DNA of 58,943 nucleotides, the filler included, from Stramenopiles sp. TOSAG23-3 (Eukaryota), in assembly GCA_900128585.1 (NCBI GenBank). It is 5 parts of 5 records of this genome, joined end to end, with 100 filler letters (N's around TTAATTAATTAA, not from the genome) between each part and the next. Parts side by side here need not be neighbours in the genome. Positions count along the whole stretch, not along the records: positions 1 to 26,223 come from LT642276.1; positions 26,324 to 52,448 come from LT642277.1; 3 more parts are not named here. One strand, given 5' to 3'. Position 1 is the stretch's first letter. Every line of letters begins with the position of its first letter. Below the pieces are notes generated by a model. The model had not been told where the DNA came from, searched no databases, and saw only the letters and a program-made list of their open reading frames with translations. The position numbers and the translations under genes were made by a program. Shown piece after piece: positions 23,107 to 32,752 of this stretch.

Positions 23107-24252
23107 TTACTGATTCTTAACGTACGTTTCCCAGCCCTGGTACGATCTACCGCGCAGGTGCCTTACAAACTCGATGGGCTTGAGCTCTGGGTCTCCTGGC
23201 TTCGCAGAAGCTAGTTTCTTCTCTTCGTCCTCAATTTCCCAGATCAAATAAGAACCAAACGTTTCAAAAATCTTGTAAAACAGGTCTTCCCTGTCTTTCG
23301 CCCCCCCACCCCCTGGCTCAGCCGTGTTGGGGTTGAATATTTGCGCCAGCAGTTTCCTCTGCGTTTGGCCGAACCTGTCCTCTACGAAGTCCCCTTTTCT
23401 CAAGCGCAGCAGTTTTATATGTTTCAGGCCAATCTTGTCTCGGATGTCTGGGGTGAAAAATACCCATGGGTGGTAAATTTCCAAGTACCGTTTCACATGG
23501 CAAACGTGATTGCTATCGTACCAGAAAATGCACGGCTGCAGGGACATGTTGTTCCTCCCATTTCCTCCTTCTCCCGCCGCCGGAGGAGGTGCCCGTAGCT
23601 TGCACCGGTCGGTCAAGCAATGCAATTTGTACATACAATTCAACGTGCACTCATGGTTTCGACTGGTCACTGTTGGGAACCCAGCATATCTAATATTTGG
23701 ATTATTCTCCATGAAGTCGATCACAACGTCCAAATTCTCAAATTCGGCCTGAAACGATCGGTCACGCTGGCATATTATGGCATACTTGGTCGTGCAGGCA
23801 AGCAGGCCTTGCTTCACGGCAAACGCAAACCCGTGGTGCTCCATTAACTCCAACGCTGAAAATCGGCCGCAATGGCTTTTGCAGTACTTTTCTCGTATGC
23901 ATTCTTTGTACAAACTATATTTCTGGACCAAATCTTCATCAGCAAACCCTTTCTTGGTGGAAAAATTTTTCCTTCCTTTGGCATCAACGTACCCATCGAA
24001 GACAATAATAATTTTTGAATTGGAGCACCCTTTCACGTACGCAAGGGATTTTATCACTTCATCGATCAGGTCCGTGCTGGGGTGCGAGCGTGCAGGGGAC
24101 GTTACAATAATCGCAGTTACACAGTCTCCCACGGAACCAAGCGAAAGTTTCCCCATCGGTTCGTCTATTATTTCACCTTCCACCTGCTCCACCTGCTCCA
24201 CCCCGCAACCCTTTCCCCCCAAAGAAATTTGCGAGCACAAAAGCTCCGTCAT
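23107..24252 (-). CDS. Putative GT-A fold glycosyltransferase (GT2-like)
   Basis: VTAIIVTSP..HPSTDLIDEVIKSL, IIIVFDG, and HHGFAFAVKQGLLACTTKYAIICQRD (QxD at the DxD position). The first in-frame ATG was used, so the start is uncertain. Confidence 0.6.
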   Translation of the reverse strand: MTELLCSQISLGGKGCGVEQVEQVEGEIIDEPMGKLSLGSVGDCVTAIIVTSPARSHPSTDLIDEVIKSLAYVKGCSNSKIIIVFDGYVDAKGRKNFSTKKGFADEDLVQKYSLYKECIREKYCKSHCGRFSALELMEHHGFAFAVKQGLLACTTKYAIICQRDRSFQAEFENLDVVIDFMENNPNIRYAGFPTVTSRNHECTLNCMYKLHCLTDRCKLRAPPPAAGEGGNGRNNMSLQPCIFWYDSNHVCHVKRYLEIYHPWVFFTPDIRDKIGLKHIKLLRLRKGDFVEDRFGQTQRKLLAQIFNPNTAEPGGGGAKDREDLFYKIFETFGSYLIWEIEDEEKKLASAKPGDPELKPIEFVRHLRGRSYQGWETYVKNQ

Positions 24253-24788
24253 TTCCCCAACCTGTCGGTGACAGCGTCTACGCTCATCCACTCAACTGGA
24301 AATGCACACTTTCGTTTAACCTTTTCAAAGCGCCTTACGTGTCAACTTTGTTCTACAGATTCAAGCAAACAAAACGTTGCCACGAATGTTTCTCTCCACG
24401 ATCGATTTTCTTCTTCTTCCTCTGCAGTTCATTCAAAATCCAAAATGATTAAATAATTTATTTTAAAAAAGAATTATGATATATATTTGTTGTATCTTCT
24501 TATTTTTTATTATTATTTTGTTGGTATTATATTTTAATATAATATTATTATACTTGGTAATAATATAGTAGGTGGTAATAATAATAAATAATCTTTTTTT
24601 ATATTATTATTTTATTATTATTACAGTATTTGTTTTCTTCTTCTTCTTCTTTTTTTCGCGTCGTCGTCGTCGTCGTCGTCGTTGAGGTTAGACCTAACCC
24701 TAACCCTAACTAGATTTTTTAATCTTATATGATTATATACGAGGATAGTAGAAGAGAAGACGCCGTCGAACAAGGCTAAAGCCAACCA

Positions 24789-26015
24789 TTAATTTATGGA
24801 CGACATACTGCGTTCCTTTCTTCTCTGCTCGATGAACGCCACCGCTTTCACGACTTCATCCATGTCGTCTGACGTGGTCGTAAACCCTGCGTTGAGCAGG
24901 GACTCTTCTTCTTCCCGAGATATGAATCGGCCGCGGACGCGCAGGCGGTTGACTGCGATGTTTTTTCGGCACTGGTACCGAACGTTTCTGTCCCAGACTC
25001 GTCGGGACCGTTTTGCGAGGTATCGCTCCAGCTTCTTTCGACGCTCTTCCAGGGTGTATGCCCCGATCAAGCCGGTGACAGACGAGGGCAACTCTACTTC
25101 ATTGTTTGCCTCCATCTCTTGCCTGGTCTTGGCCAACAAGACCGGGTCGTACCAAGGCGGGAGGGACCCACCACTCATGGAGAGGTGGTAGTTCCGGTGC
25201 ATGGGACGGATCAGTTCAGACTGGGCCCGGCGGCGGCCGGGGGACATCTGAAGGAGGTCCCCGCGCCCCCCTTCCCTGGCGCCTTGGCCCATGCTGTAGA
25301 AAAGCACTTTGCTGGACTTGTTGAAATTCGCAGCGTCTTTTGCCGCGGGACATTTTTTGTAGCAGTGGACGTCGCGGCTGCAGTTGATGCTCCGGTTCTC
25401 GCCGCAGCAGCACAAGCGCTTGCACATGGGGCACCCACCCTTGAACGCGTCGGGGCCATAAAAGGACGACATGCGCTCGTGACACCGCACGCAGTAGCAG
25501 TGGATGCACCGCTTGCAGAGCACCTTTTCCTTCCGCACGTTCCCACATCGATGGCAGGCCGAGAGGTGTTTGTTCCGCTTCCCTGTCGCCTCGTCGACCA
25601 GGAGCTTCACGCTGTTCCTTGAGCGGGGCTTGGTGAACGACGACGAGCGCTTCTTCTTCACCGTCCGCTTCGGCTTTTTGTTGATGGTCGAAACGATCGG
25701 GGACGAGGATAGGTTAATCAGCGGGGAGTGCGGGCGTGAGTGTTGTCCCGATTCATCAGAGGAGGTGGTAGAATTGGAGTGGGTGCCCCCCCCCCCCCCG
25801 CGCCCCGCCTTTCCCTTTTTCCTGTTCGCGGCGGCAACGGCACACGTCGGCGACAGTGCGAGCAGCGCGCCGACCCCTGCAATGTCCCTCGAGGATATCG
25901 ACAGGGACTTGAACGTGCGAGACTTTGACTTAAAAACGGGACGGCGCAACTTCAAAAGTGGGTTTTCATCCCTCGGCGGCGAAGTTCCAAACTTGTGCAG
26001 GAGCACTTTCTTCAT
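24789..26015 (-). CDS. Cys-rich zinc-finger (zf-4CXXC_R1/RING-like) plus CCT-domain protein
   Basis: CHRC..CKRC..YCVRC..CPMCKRLCCC followed by the CCT motif ERRKKLERYLAKRSRRVWDRNVRYQCRKNIAVNRLRVRGRF. The start is uncertain because it lies near the contig end. Confidence 0.85.
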   Translation of the reverse strand: MKKVLLHKFGTSPPRDENPLLKLRRPVFKSKSRTFKSLSISSRDIAGVGALLALSPTCAVAAANRKKGKAGRGGGGGTHSNSTTSSDESGQHSRPHSPLINLSSSPIVSTINKKPKRTVKKKRSSSFTKPRSRNSVKLLVDEATGKRNKHLSACHRCGNVRKEKVLCKRCIHCYCVRCHERMSSFYGPDAFKGGCPMCKRLCCCGENRSINCSRDVHCYKKCPAAKDAANFNKSSKVLFYSMGQGAREGGRGDLLQMSPGRRRAQSELIRPMHRNYHLSMSGGSLPPWYDPVLLAKTRQEMEANNEVELPSSVTGLIGAYTLEERRKKLERYLAKRSRRVWDRNVRYQCRKNIAVNRLRVRGRFISREEEESLLNAGFTTTSDDMDEVVKAVAFIEQRRKERSMSSIN

Positions 26016-26223
26016 CCTACCCCCCAAAAAAACAAAGCGACAACAGGCAAAGGGCCAAATAAATGCAACCGAACCAACCCCGAAACGTGTGCAACCAAGA
26101 CCAAGACGAAAGTGGGAGGAAACCTAATCAAGGCACAGAAAAAACCAAGGGAACTAAAAGTAGCAACGCCAAACCCCGTTTTCTATCACTTCTCTCTCTC
26201 TCTCCCTCCCTATCAATGTACAT

Positions 26224-26323
26224 NNNNNNNNNNNNNNNNNNNNNNNNNNNNNNNNNNNNNNNNNNNNTTAATTAATTAANNNNNNNNNNNNNNNNNNNNN
26301 NNNNNNNNNNNNNNNNNNNNNNN
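26224..26323. other. Artificial contig joint
   Basis: 44 N + TTAATTAATTAA (stops in all six frames) + 44 N. Confidence 0.97.
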
Positions 26324-26345
26324 AAATACAAAAGAGGGTTACGAT

Positions 26346-27215
26346 TTACGCCACATTGTTTACCGCGGACCGAATCTGTTCGTAGCTGACAAAAAATGCT
26401 GTACACCACAAAACTTTACGGACCACAATGGGAACAAACCCTTTGTAAAATGCCCCTAGGCCCTCCTCTTTCATCGTCGACACGATCGCCCCAAGAACGC
26501 TGGGGCGTTTGCCCAATACCGATGCGCCCGCAGTGTCCATGAGGCGCGTCTTGATGACATCGGCCGGGGTCGAGACGATCGCGGACGTGACACCCGCAAT
26601 GCCACTGGCAGAGATGTGGGCGATTGCGTTGTCTCCAACGTACGGAACGACCCGGCTTTTGGCCTCGTCATACGTCCCGAGCTCTGCTGCATTAACCAAA
26701 AATGTCCGGGCAATGTTGGGCTGGAATCCGCTCCAAAACGCGAGAACCCCACCCTGCTGAAAAATTTGACGAACCACAGAACGCATGGTTTTTGCCTCCG
26801 CCGCCGTCTGTATCTGGGTCTTAATGACTTCCGTCGGGTTGAAAACGCTGATCGAAATTGCGCCTGCGCTCCCCCCTGCCAAGAGCCGCTGAATAAAAGA
26901 CGGCTTTTCCCCTTCTTGATTCCCGCTGCAAATTTGCTTCCTGATTGGTTCGTACAGGACCAAGCTCAAACTACCGTAACAAACCTGCCTCAACAGCGCT
27001 GGTTGCAGCCCCTTCCAGCACGCGGCAAGCCCTTCGTTCTGCGCAGTCTTCTTCAAACAATCAAACATTCCAGTGTAGCGTGTCCCGGATATAGCATTGT
27101 TTTGTACCTGCAGGCGAGTTTTGGCGACATCTGTTGGCAAGGTAAACGACTCTGCGATGGCACAAGAGACCGATGACGCGACAAACCGAGCCATAGCGTC
27201 ATCTTTTTTTGACAT
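26346..27215 (-). CDS. Mitochondrial carrier (SLC25), UCP/oxoglutarate-dicarboxylate-like
   Basis: Three Px[DE]xx[KR]x[RQ] motifs (PTDVAKTRLQ, PTEVIKTQIQ, PADVIKTRLM) and PNIARTFLVNAAELGTYD, typical of the UCP subgroup. ATG at 27215. Confidence 0.92.
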   Translation of the reverse strand: MSKKDDAMARFVASSVSCAIAESFTLPTDVAKTRLQVQNNAISGTRYTGMFDCLKKTAQNEGLAACWKGLQPALLRQVCYGSLSLVLYEPIRKQICSGNQEGEKPSFIQRLLAGGSAGAISISVFNPTEVIKTQIQTAAEAKTMRSVVRQIFQQGGVLAFWSGFQPNIARTFLVNAAELGTYDEAKSRVVPYVGDNAIAHISASGIAGVTSAIVSTPADVIKTRLMDTAGASVLGKRPSVLGAIVSTMKEEGLGAFYKGFVPIVVRKVLWCTAFFVSYEQIRSAVNNVA

Positions 27216-27761
27216 CGCACAAGAAGGCGGTTTCTTACCCACCCAACACAAGCAGCGCGGTGTGCGAGGCACGCGTAGACTTCCGTTATCCCAAAGCCCA
27301 GCAAAAACACGGACAAAACTGGTAGGCCTTTCTTCACTTCGTTTCAGCACAGTGAGTTGCACGCTTACTGTTTACCTACAAACTCTTTTTGATTCTTCTC
27401 CGTTTAAAATTATTTTGTTAGAAGAGAGAAGTAAAAAGCGCTTCTTCTAAAATATAATTTTAAAATGCGACATGAATCACTTGGAGGATTATTAATACTG
27501 GATTTCAATCTTGCTGTTATAATATTAATATACAACTGCTGTGTTCTTGTTATAATATAATAATCGATTTTAAATAATAATATTATTATTATTTTTTAGA
27601 AGATTTTTACACAAGCAGAAGAAGAGATCATAGACACAGCGAAGAAGAAGATGATCTTTTTTTTGTGGCTACGACGCTACTACGACGACGACAAAAAAAT
27701 TACAAGTACGTATCACCGGGTAGTCAGAATTATACGAAGACACGGCGGAGGATCATTCTCA

Positions 27762-27762
<1 letters not shown>

Positions 27763-27838
<76 letters not shown>
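27763..27838. repeat. (TTTC)n microsatellite
   Basis: About 19 perfect tandem units in a divergent intergenic region. Confidence 0.95.
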
Positions 27839-27839
<1 letters not shown>

Positions 27840-28110
27840 CATTCTTGTGTATTATTATTATGCCTTGGTACCAAGGAAAAATAAAAAAAAAAATGTTTTA
27901 TTATTTTCTTCTAATTTTCTTCCTTTTTTTGTGTTATTATTTTATATAATAATTTTATAGTCCATCCGGTATAAAGAGGAAAAAGAAGTGGAGACGAAAG
28001 CATAAAGTAAGCAAAGAATCAAGAAAGACACAGATTTTTAGGAAGGTGTTGTCTTTTATACAAGGGATTTGGACAGATTTTCCCCCTCCTTTCACCGTCA
28101 GACAAAAAGT

Positions 28111-29136
28111 ATGGCGCCGGCGTCGAAGAAGAAAACGGGAGGAACGGGCGGCACGCAGCCCGTGAACCTCAAAGGGCTGGACAATGGCTTGGGAAAGGGG
28201 TGGTTTGTATACGATGATTGCTGTGGATTAGTCTGCATGGCGATTACCATTCTTCTCCACATCTTTAGCTATTGGGCCCAAATGAAGTACATTTACATTC
28301 CGTGGCTTGGGGTGTTCAGTTGGCAGTGCGCTTTGTACACGTTTTTCACCGCGCTTGCGGTGTACAGCCACACCGTCTGCCAGTTCACGGCGCCAGGGTG
28401 CGTGCCACGGTCGTTGTCCGCGCCACCGGATGTTCCCGATTTGAACCTGAAAGACCCAGACGAGGTAAAAAAGTACGGTTTCATCCGCCGAAAGTTTACC
28501 AAGCGAAAGGGCGATAAAATCTTTGTGAAGCCCGACAGCTCCCACTACTGCAGCGAGGTCGGCATGGTGGTCTTGAAGATGGACCATTACTGCCCGTGGG
28601 TGAACAACGTGGTCGGCCTGTTCACTCAAAAATATTTCCTGCTGTTTGTATTCTACACGTGCTTGTGCACCATTTGGGTCGGCATCGTCTTGGGCTACCG
28701 TGTCGTGAAGTGCACGTACGGATCCTTGGGGCCGGCAAAGTACCGGGGCTGGGCCAGAGCGCACAGGGAGGACCCCGCAAAAATGTGCGAGACCGCCCCC
28801 TCGGAGTTTGTGATACTCATCATCAACGCCGTGGAGGCGGTGATTTTCGTCATCTTTACGTGTGCGATGGGGTGCGATCAGTACGAGGCCATCGGAGAAA
28901 ACACCCCTTACATCGACCGGCTCCAAAAGAAAAAGGGTGTCGAGCAAAGCATGTACGCCACGACGTGCGACGTGTTCGGGGAAGAGTTTTCGTGGCGTTG
29001 GTTCTTTCCTTTCAAGCCAACCCAGCGCCTGCGGGACCAGTTTCAGAACAGTATCGAAGAGACCTACGACTTACTTGCTCATGCAAGGGACTTGATCGTG
29101 GCATCGCCTGCGATCAAAGATGCCGGGTCAGACTAA
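28111..29136 (+). CDS. DHHC-family protein S-acyltransferase, ZDHHC3/7-like, DHYC variant
   Basis: KMDHYCPWVNNVVG..QKYFLLF, four TM segments, N-terminal WFVYDDCCGLVC and C-terminal VFGEEFSWRWFFPF. Confidence 0.9.
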   Translation: MAPASKKKTGGTGGTQPVNLKGLDNGLGKGWFVYDDCCGLVCMAITILLHIFSYWAQMKYIYIPWLGVFSWQCALYTFFTALAVYSHTVCQFTAPGCVPRSLSAPPDVPDLNLKDPDEVKKYGFIRRKFTKRKGDKIFVKPDSSHYCSEVGMVVLKMDHYCPWVNNVVGLFTQKYFLLFVFYTCLCTIWVGIVLGYRVVKCTYGSLGPAKYRGWARAHREDPAKMCETAPSEFVILIINAVEAVIFVIFTCAMGCDQYEAIGENTPYIDRLQKKKGVEQSMYATTCDVFGEEFSWRWFFPFKPTQRLRDQFQNSIEETYDLLAHARDLIVASPAIKDAGSD

Positions 29137-29251
29137 TGTTAATGGCTGCGATTATCGAACCAGTTTCCTGGAACGCCATCGTCGATAATACCTTGTTTGA
29201 ATTTTAGATTTGGCAGAGAAGTTCATATATAATTCGTAAACCGTTATCATT

Positions 29252-29323
29252 ATTTAAAATGAGAGTCTTAAAACATACTATAAACCAAAATATATAGTAT
29301 GTTTTAAGACTCTCATTTTAAAT
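29252..29323. repeat. Perfect 31-bp inverted repeat with 10-nt loop
   Basis: ATTTAAAATGAGAGTCTTAAAACATACTATA (29252-29282) and TATAGTATGTTTTAAGACTCTCATTTTAAAT (29293-29323). Confidence 0.92.
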
Positions 29324-29364
29324 CCAATACTTCAAATCCAACCCTAATCCTATCTCGTAAACAT

Positions 29365-29478
29365 ACAAGAAAAATTTGGCTGTTATTTTTACATACTATA
29401 TATTTTGTTTTTCATTATTATTAAAAAGATTCTTGAGACTTTTAAAAACAAAACAATTGGCTGTTAGTCACTTAGTCG
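29365..29478. repeat. Dispersed element, copy C
   Basis: CAAGAAAAATTTGGCTGTTATTT (core 29376) and AAAAACAAAACAATTGGCTGTTAG (core 29457). Confidence 0.7.
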
Positions 29479-29574
29479 TGGCTATCATTTTTCATGTGTA
29501 CCGGGAGAGGGTAAAGTTTTTAAAAGCATACTATAAGATATTTAAGTAAAAATGACTTTTTAAACATTTTCCGG

Positions 29575-30318
29575 TTACGAGACTGCGACCTTGGACTTGT
29601 TCGCTACACGTTTGCAAACGACGGATTCGACTGCGAGCCCATAAAATGGCAAGACTTGGACGGACATCGGAGTGAGCCCATCGGACTTTGAGCAAAAGGA
29701 CAAAAGCCCAATAGGCCTGCAGTCTACCACCGTTGGGCAGCACGCATTGGAACACTTGTAGCACTGCATGGGGCAACCACAACAACAGCCGACCGTCTCA
29801 TCGCTCGACATCGACACAGCAACTAGGCGCCCACCAGGTTTCAAGACACGCTCTACTTCTGCCAACACCGCCGTGATGGTATCGACTGGAAAGAGCTCCA
29901 GGGTAAAGCAGACAAGGACGCAGTCAAATTTATGTACATCAAACGGAAGCTTCGTTGCACTTGCGCATACAACTTCGTACTGCTCTGGGTTCGAAACCGA
30001 ACTTTGAAGACGACTGATAGTCTTCTCTACCATTTTTTCGGATATGTCTATGCCAACTACCGTATTTCCTGCCAAGCAAATCTTTTCCAAACAGTATCCC
30101 GTCCCGCAGCCAATTTCAAGGACCGTCTCGTTCGTCGTTATTCCTAAGTCAACCAGCGAGAGTGCATGGTCCAAGTACGGCTTTTCCCAAGCGCTCCAGC
30201 AGTCATAACAGGCAGCAAGACGGTTGTAATTATCCCGCGCCTGAACCTCCTGCTGTTCGCGGACCATCAGGCGCTGTGTTGGACCACTGTCGTCGGAACG
30301 CGAGCTAGAAGTCCCCAT
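29575..30318 (-). CDS. Class I SAM-dependent methyltransferase (UbiE/Methyltransf_11-like)
   Basis: Motif I VLEIGCGTG, VVGIDISEKM, LPF..KFDCV and ERVLKPGGRLV. MGTSSS N-terminus and a Cys-rich C-terminal segment. Confidence 0.9.
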   Translation of the reverse strand: MGTSSSRSDDSGPTQRLMVREQQEVQARDNYNRLAACYDCWSAWEKPYLDHALSLVDLGITTNETVLEIGCGTGYCLEKICLAGNTVVGIDISEKMVEKTISRLQSSVSNPEQYEVVCASATKLPFDVHKFDCVLVCFTLELFPVDTITAVLAEVERVLKPGGRLVAVSMSSDETVGCCCGCPMQCYKCSNACCPTVVDCRPIGLLSFCSKSDGLTPMSVQVLPFYGLAVESVVCKRVANKSKVAVS

Positions 30319-30522
30319 TTAACTAGTTGAACGAAACCGAAGGAGGAAAGGAAAACATACAAATCCTTCAAACAAAACTTAGTTCATTTCTCTTGTAATT
30401 TAGATTTTAAACAAATCATTCTTAAACATCATCATTTGACCAATAAATAATAAATATTAATTTAAGGTTCCAACAAGATTCGACGACACACGAAGAAAAA
30501 AAGAAGGTTATTATATTATTAA

Positions 30523-30882
30523 TAAAAAAAGAAGAAGAAAAAAAGAAGAAGAAGAAGAAGAAGAAAAGAAGAAGAAGAAGAGAAAAAGAGAAAAAGAAAA
30601 AACCCTCTTCTTCTTTCTCTTCTTCTTCTTCTTCTTCTCTCCTCTTCTTATTACTTCTTTCTTCTTTTCTCTCCTCCTCTTCTTTTTTTCTTTCTTCTTC
30701 TTCTTCTTCTTCTTCTTTCTTTTAATTCTTTTTCATTTTTTTCTTCTCTTCTTCTTCTTTCTTTTTTCTTCTTCTTCTTCATTCATCTTCTTTTCTTTCT
30801 CCTTTCTCTTTCTATAGGACTAATAAATATATCTTCTTGTTGTGCTTCTTTTCTTCTTCTTCTCCTCTATTCTTCTATCTTC
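30523..30882. repeat. GAA-rich purine tract followed by TTC-rich pyrimidine tract
   Basis: About 80 nt of degenerate (GAA)n, then about 280 nt of degenerate (TTC)n, between divergent genes. Confidence 0.85.
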
Positions 30883-31131
30883 AAAAAAAAACGACGACGA
30901 TAATAATAATAAATAATAATAATAAATAATCATTTTCATTTTCTTTTTATATTATTATACTACCACCAAGGTAGTAAAAGAAGCCAATCAAATAACAATT
31001 TGGATCGATGGGATGGAAATATTTCAATACGTGCCCAAGAAGAAAAGTAATACAGTGCGTGATTGTGTTGAATGGAGAATCGGTAGTAGGTGTGCGTGTG
31101 TATATAATCATAATATAGGATTGTCACGGCG

Positions 31132-32304
31132 ATGGCAGAATTCTTTGAAGAAACGCAGAAAAATAATTCGGATGGAATGTCTTGGTATTATCTTGGCATA
31201 GTTCAGTGTCGGAACTGTCTTAACACACGCTTCGCAGGGTGCCACTGCCTTGATAACGAGTACTGTATGCCGGCGGTAGTTCAGCCGGAAAAACAATCGA
31301 GGGCGGAGAGCCCGGGTGGTGCACGAAGTATTATTAGTCCTTCGCCGTTGCCTGCTCAGCTACGGCGCGCGTGCTCGACGGAAAGCACAATGTCACTTTG
31401 CACTGTGCCTACACTGACGAACGAGAACGTTAACAGCAGATTGCACTTGCAGTGCAAAAGCGGCCGGTGTTCGACCATGCACATGATAGCAAAGCCATGT
31501 GAACGGTGCGGGTGTGACCCAAAATCATGGGTAGTTAAAAAGGCCATTGTTGAGTACAACGAGTTTCAAACGCTCCTACAAAACTACGACGGCAAGGTCC
31601 ACGGCAAAGAAATACGCCACACTGTTCTTCGCTGCCGATCTTGCGGAGTCGTGGCATTCCCTTCTTCGACACAACTTCTCACCGTGTTAAAGACTAGTGC
31701 CGACGGCGGCGGGTCCGTTGGTGCATTCTTTGATCCGTTGACGAAGAGGAACTTTGACCCACACTCCTGGGATGCAGTCGTTGTTCATTATGGGAGATGC
31801 AAGGCGGCAGGCAAGCCGTTAACCAACCTTTTAGTCAAGCTGAACAAGCATGAAATTACGATGGCCACGCAGGCGCTGAAGAATTCCCGGAGCATACCAG
31901 AGGCACGCGTCGAGATCAGAAGTCGGCAAGAGCACAGAAAAACAATGAAGCTGAAATGGGCCGCGCTGATGGAACACTTGCAGCTGCTTTCCGTCGATGC
32001 AAAGACTAGCGCAGAGGAAATGGGCGGCACTATATTGGAACTGTTCGATATGATGTTGGGTTTTTGCTTGGGCGTTAAGTATGAAATGAGAGCTATGTAC
32101 ATATTTGGTTTGCAGAGTGGCGATTCGATGGGCGATGTGAAAAGAAGGATCTGCGCTGCTGTAAAGACTATTTGCACCCAATTAGGCGAACAGTGGAGTG
32201 TGGTCCACAGGCAACTATTTTCTAGGCTCTTGCGCGTCATGAACACCCTTGCGTTCGAAGATCAGAGAACGACGGTTAGATTTTGCGATGAAGGGGCTGC
32301 ATAA
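31132..32304 (+). CDS. Hypothetical protein with several CxxC (zinc-ribbon-like) motifs
   Basis: 390-aa ATG ORF with coding-like composition and CRNC, CHC, CKSGRC, CERC, CRSC. No family recognised. Confidence 0.65.
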   Translation: MAEFFEETQKNNSDGMSWYYLGIVQCRNCLNTRFAGCHCLDNEYCMPAVVQPEKQSRAESPGGARSIISPSPLPAQLRRACSTESTMSLCTVPTLTNENVNSRLHLQCKSGRCSTMHMIAKPCERCGCDPKSWVVKKAIVEYNEFQTLLQNYDGKVHGKEIRHTVLRCRSCGVVAFPSSTQLLTVLKTSADGGGSVGAFFDPLTKRNFDPHSWDAVVVHYGRCKAAGKPLTNLLVKLNKHEITMATQALKNSRSIPEARVEIRSRQEHRKTMKLKWAALMEHLQLLSVDAKTSAEEMGGTILELFDMMLGFCLGVKYEMRAMYIFGLQSGDSMGDVKRRICAAVKTICTQLGEQWSVVHRQLFSRLLRVMNTLAFEDQRTTVRFCDEGAA

Positions 32305-32752
32305 AGAAAGAAAGAAAGAAAGAAAGAAGAAAGAAAGAAGACAGGTACAGGGTACAGGTACGGACTAGTTGGTATTATGTGGTGGTGTATTATTATTCTA
32401 TATAAATTAAGGAAATAAATCCATATTAAAAAATTACATTGGTTTCAACTTTAAATTAATTTTATTTACTTTTTATTATATTGTAATTAACGTTACTTAA
32501 ATCGATAAGTATTTATTTTACCAAGGGACGACTATAAATTTAATATATCCTTAATAATATAATGCGCTAAAATTGCCGCGGCGCTCTGAGAAGATGACTC
32601 TTCTCTTTCTTCTTCTTCTTCTTTCTATCTTCATTTGAAAATGTTCTATATATCTATGTAAACAATGAGACTATAAACTATAATGAGAAAACATTGTTTT
32701 TGCCGTATCCTCTTTTGTTTGTTGTTGCTGTTGTTGTCTCTATCGTCGGGCC

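Noticed and set aside
26268..26279. TTAATTAATTAA palindrome repeated four times in the window
   Set aside because: It is always centred in 44N flanks, so it is a synthetic all-frame stop linker rather than a biological site.
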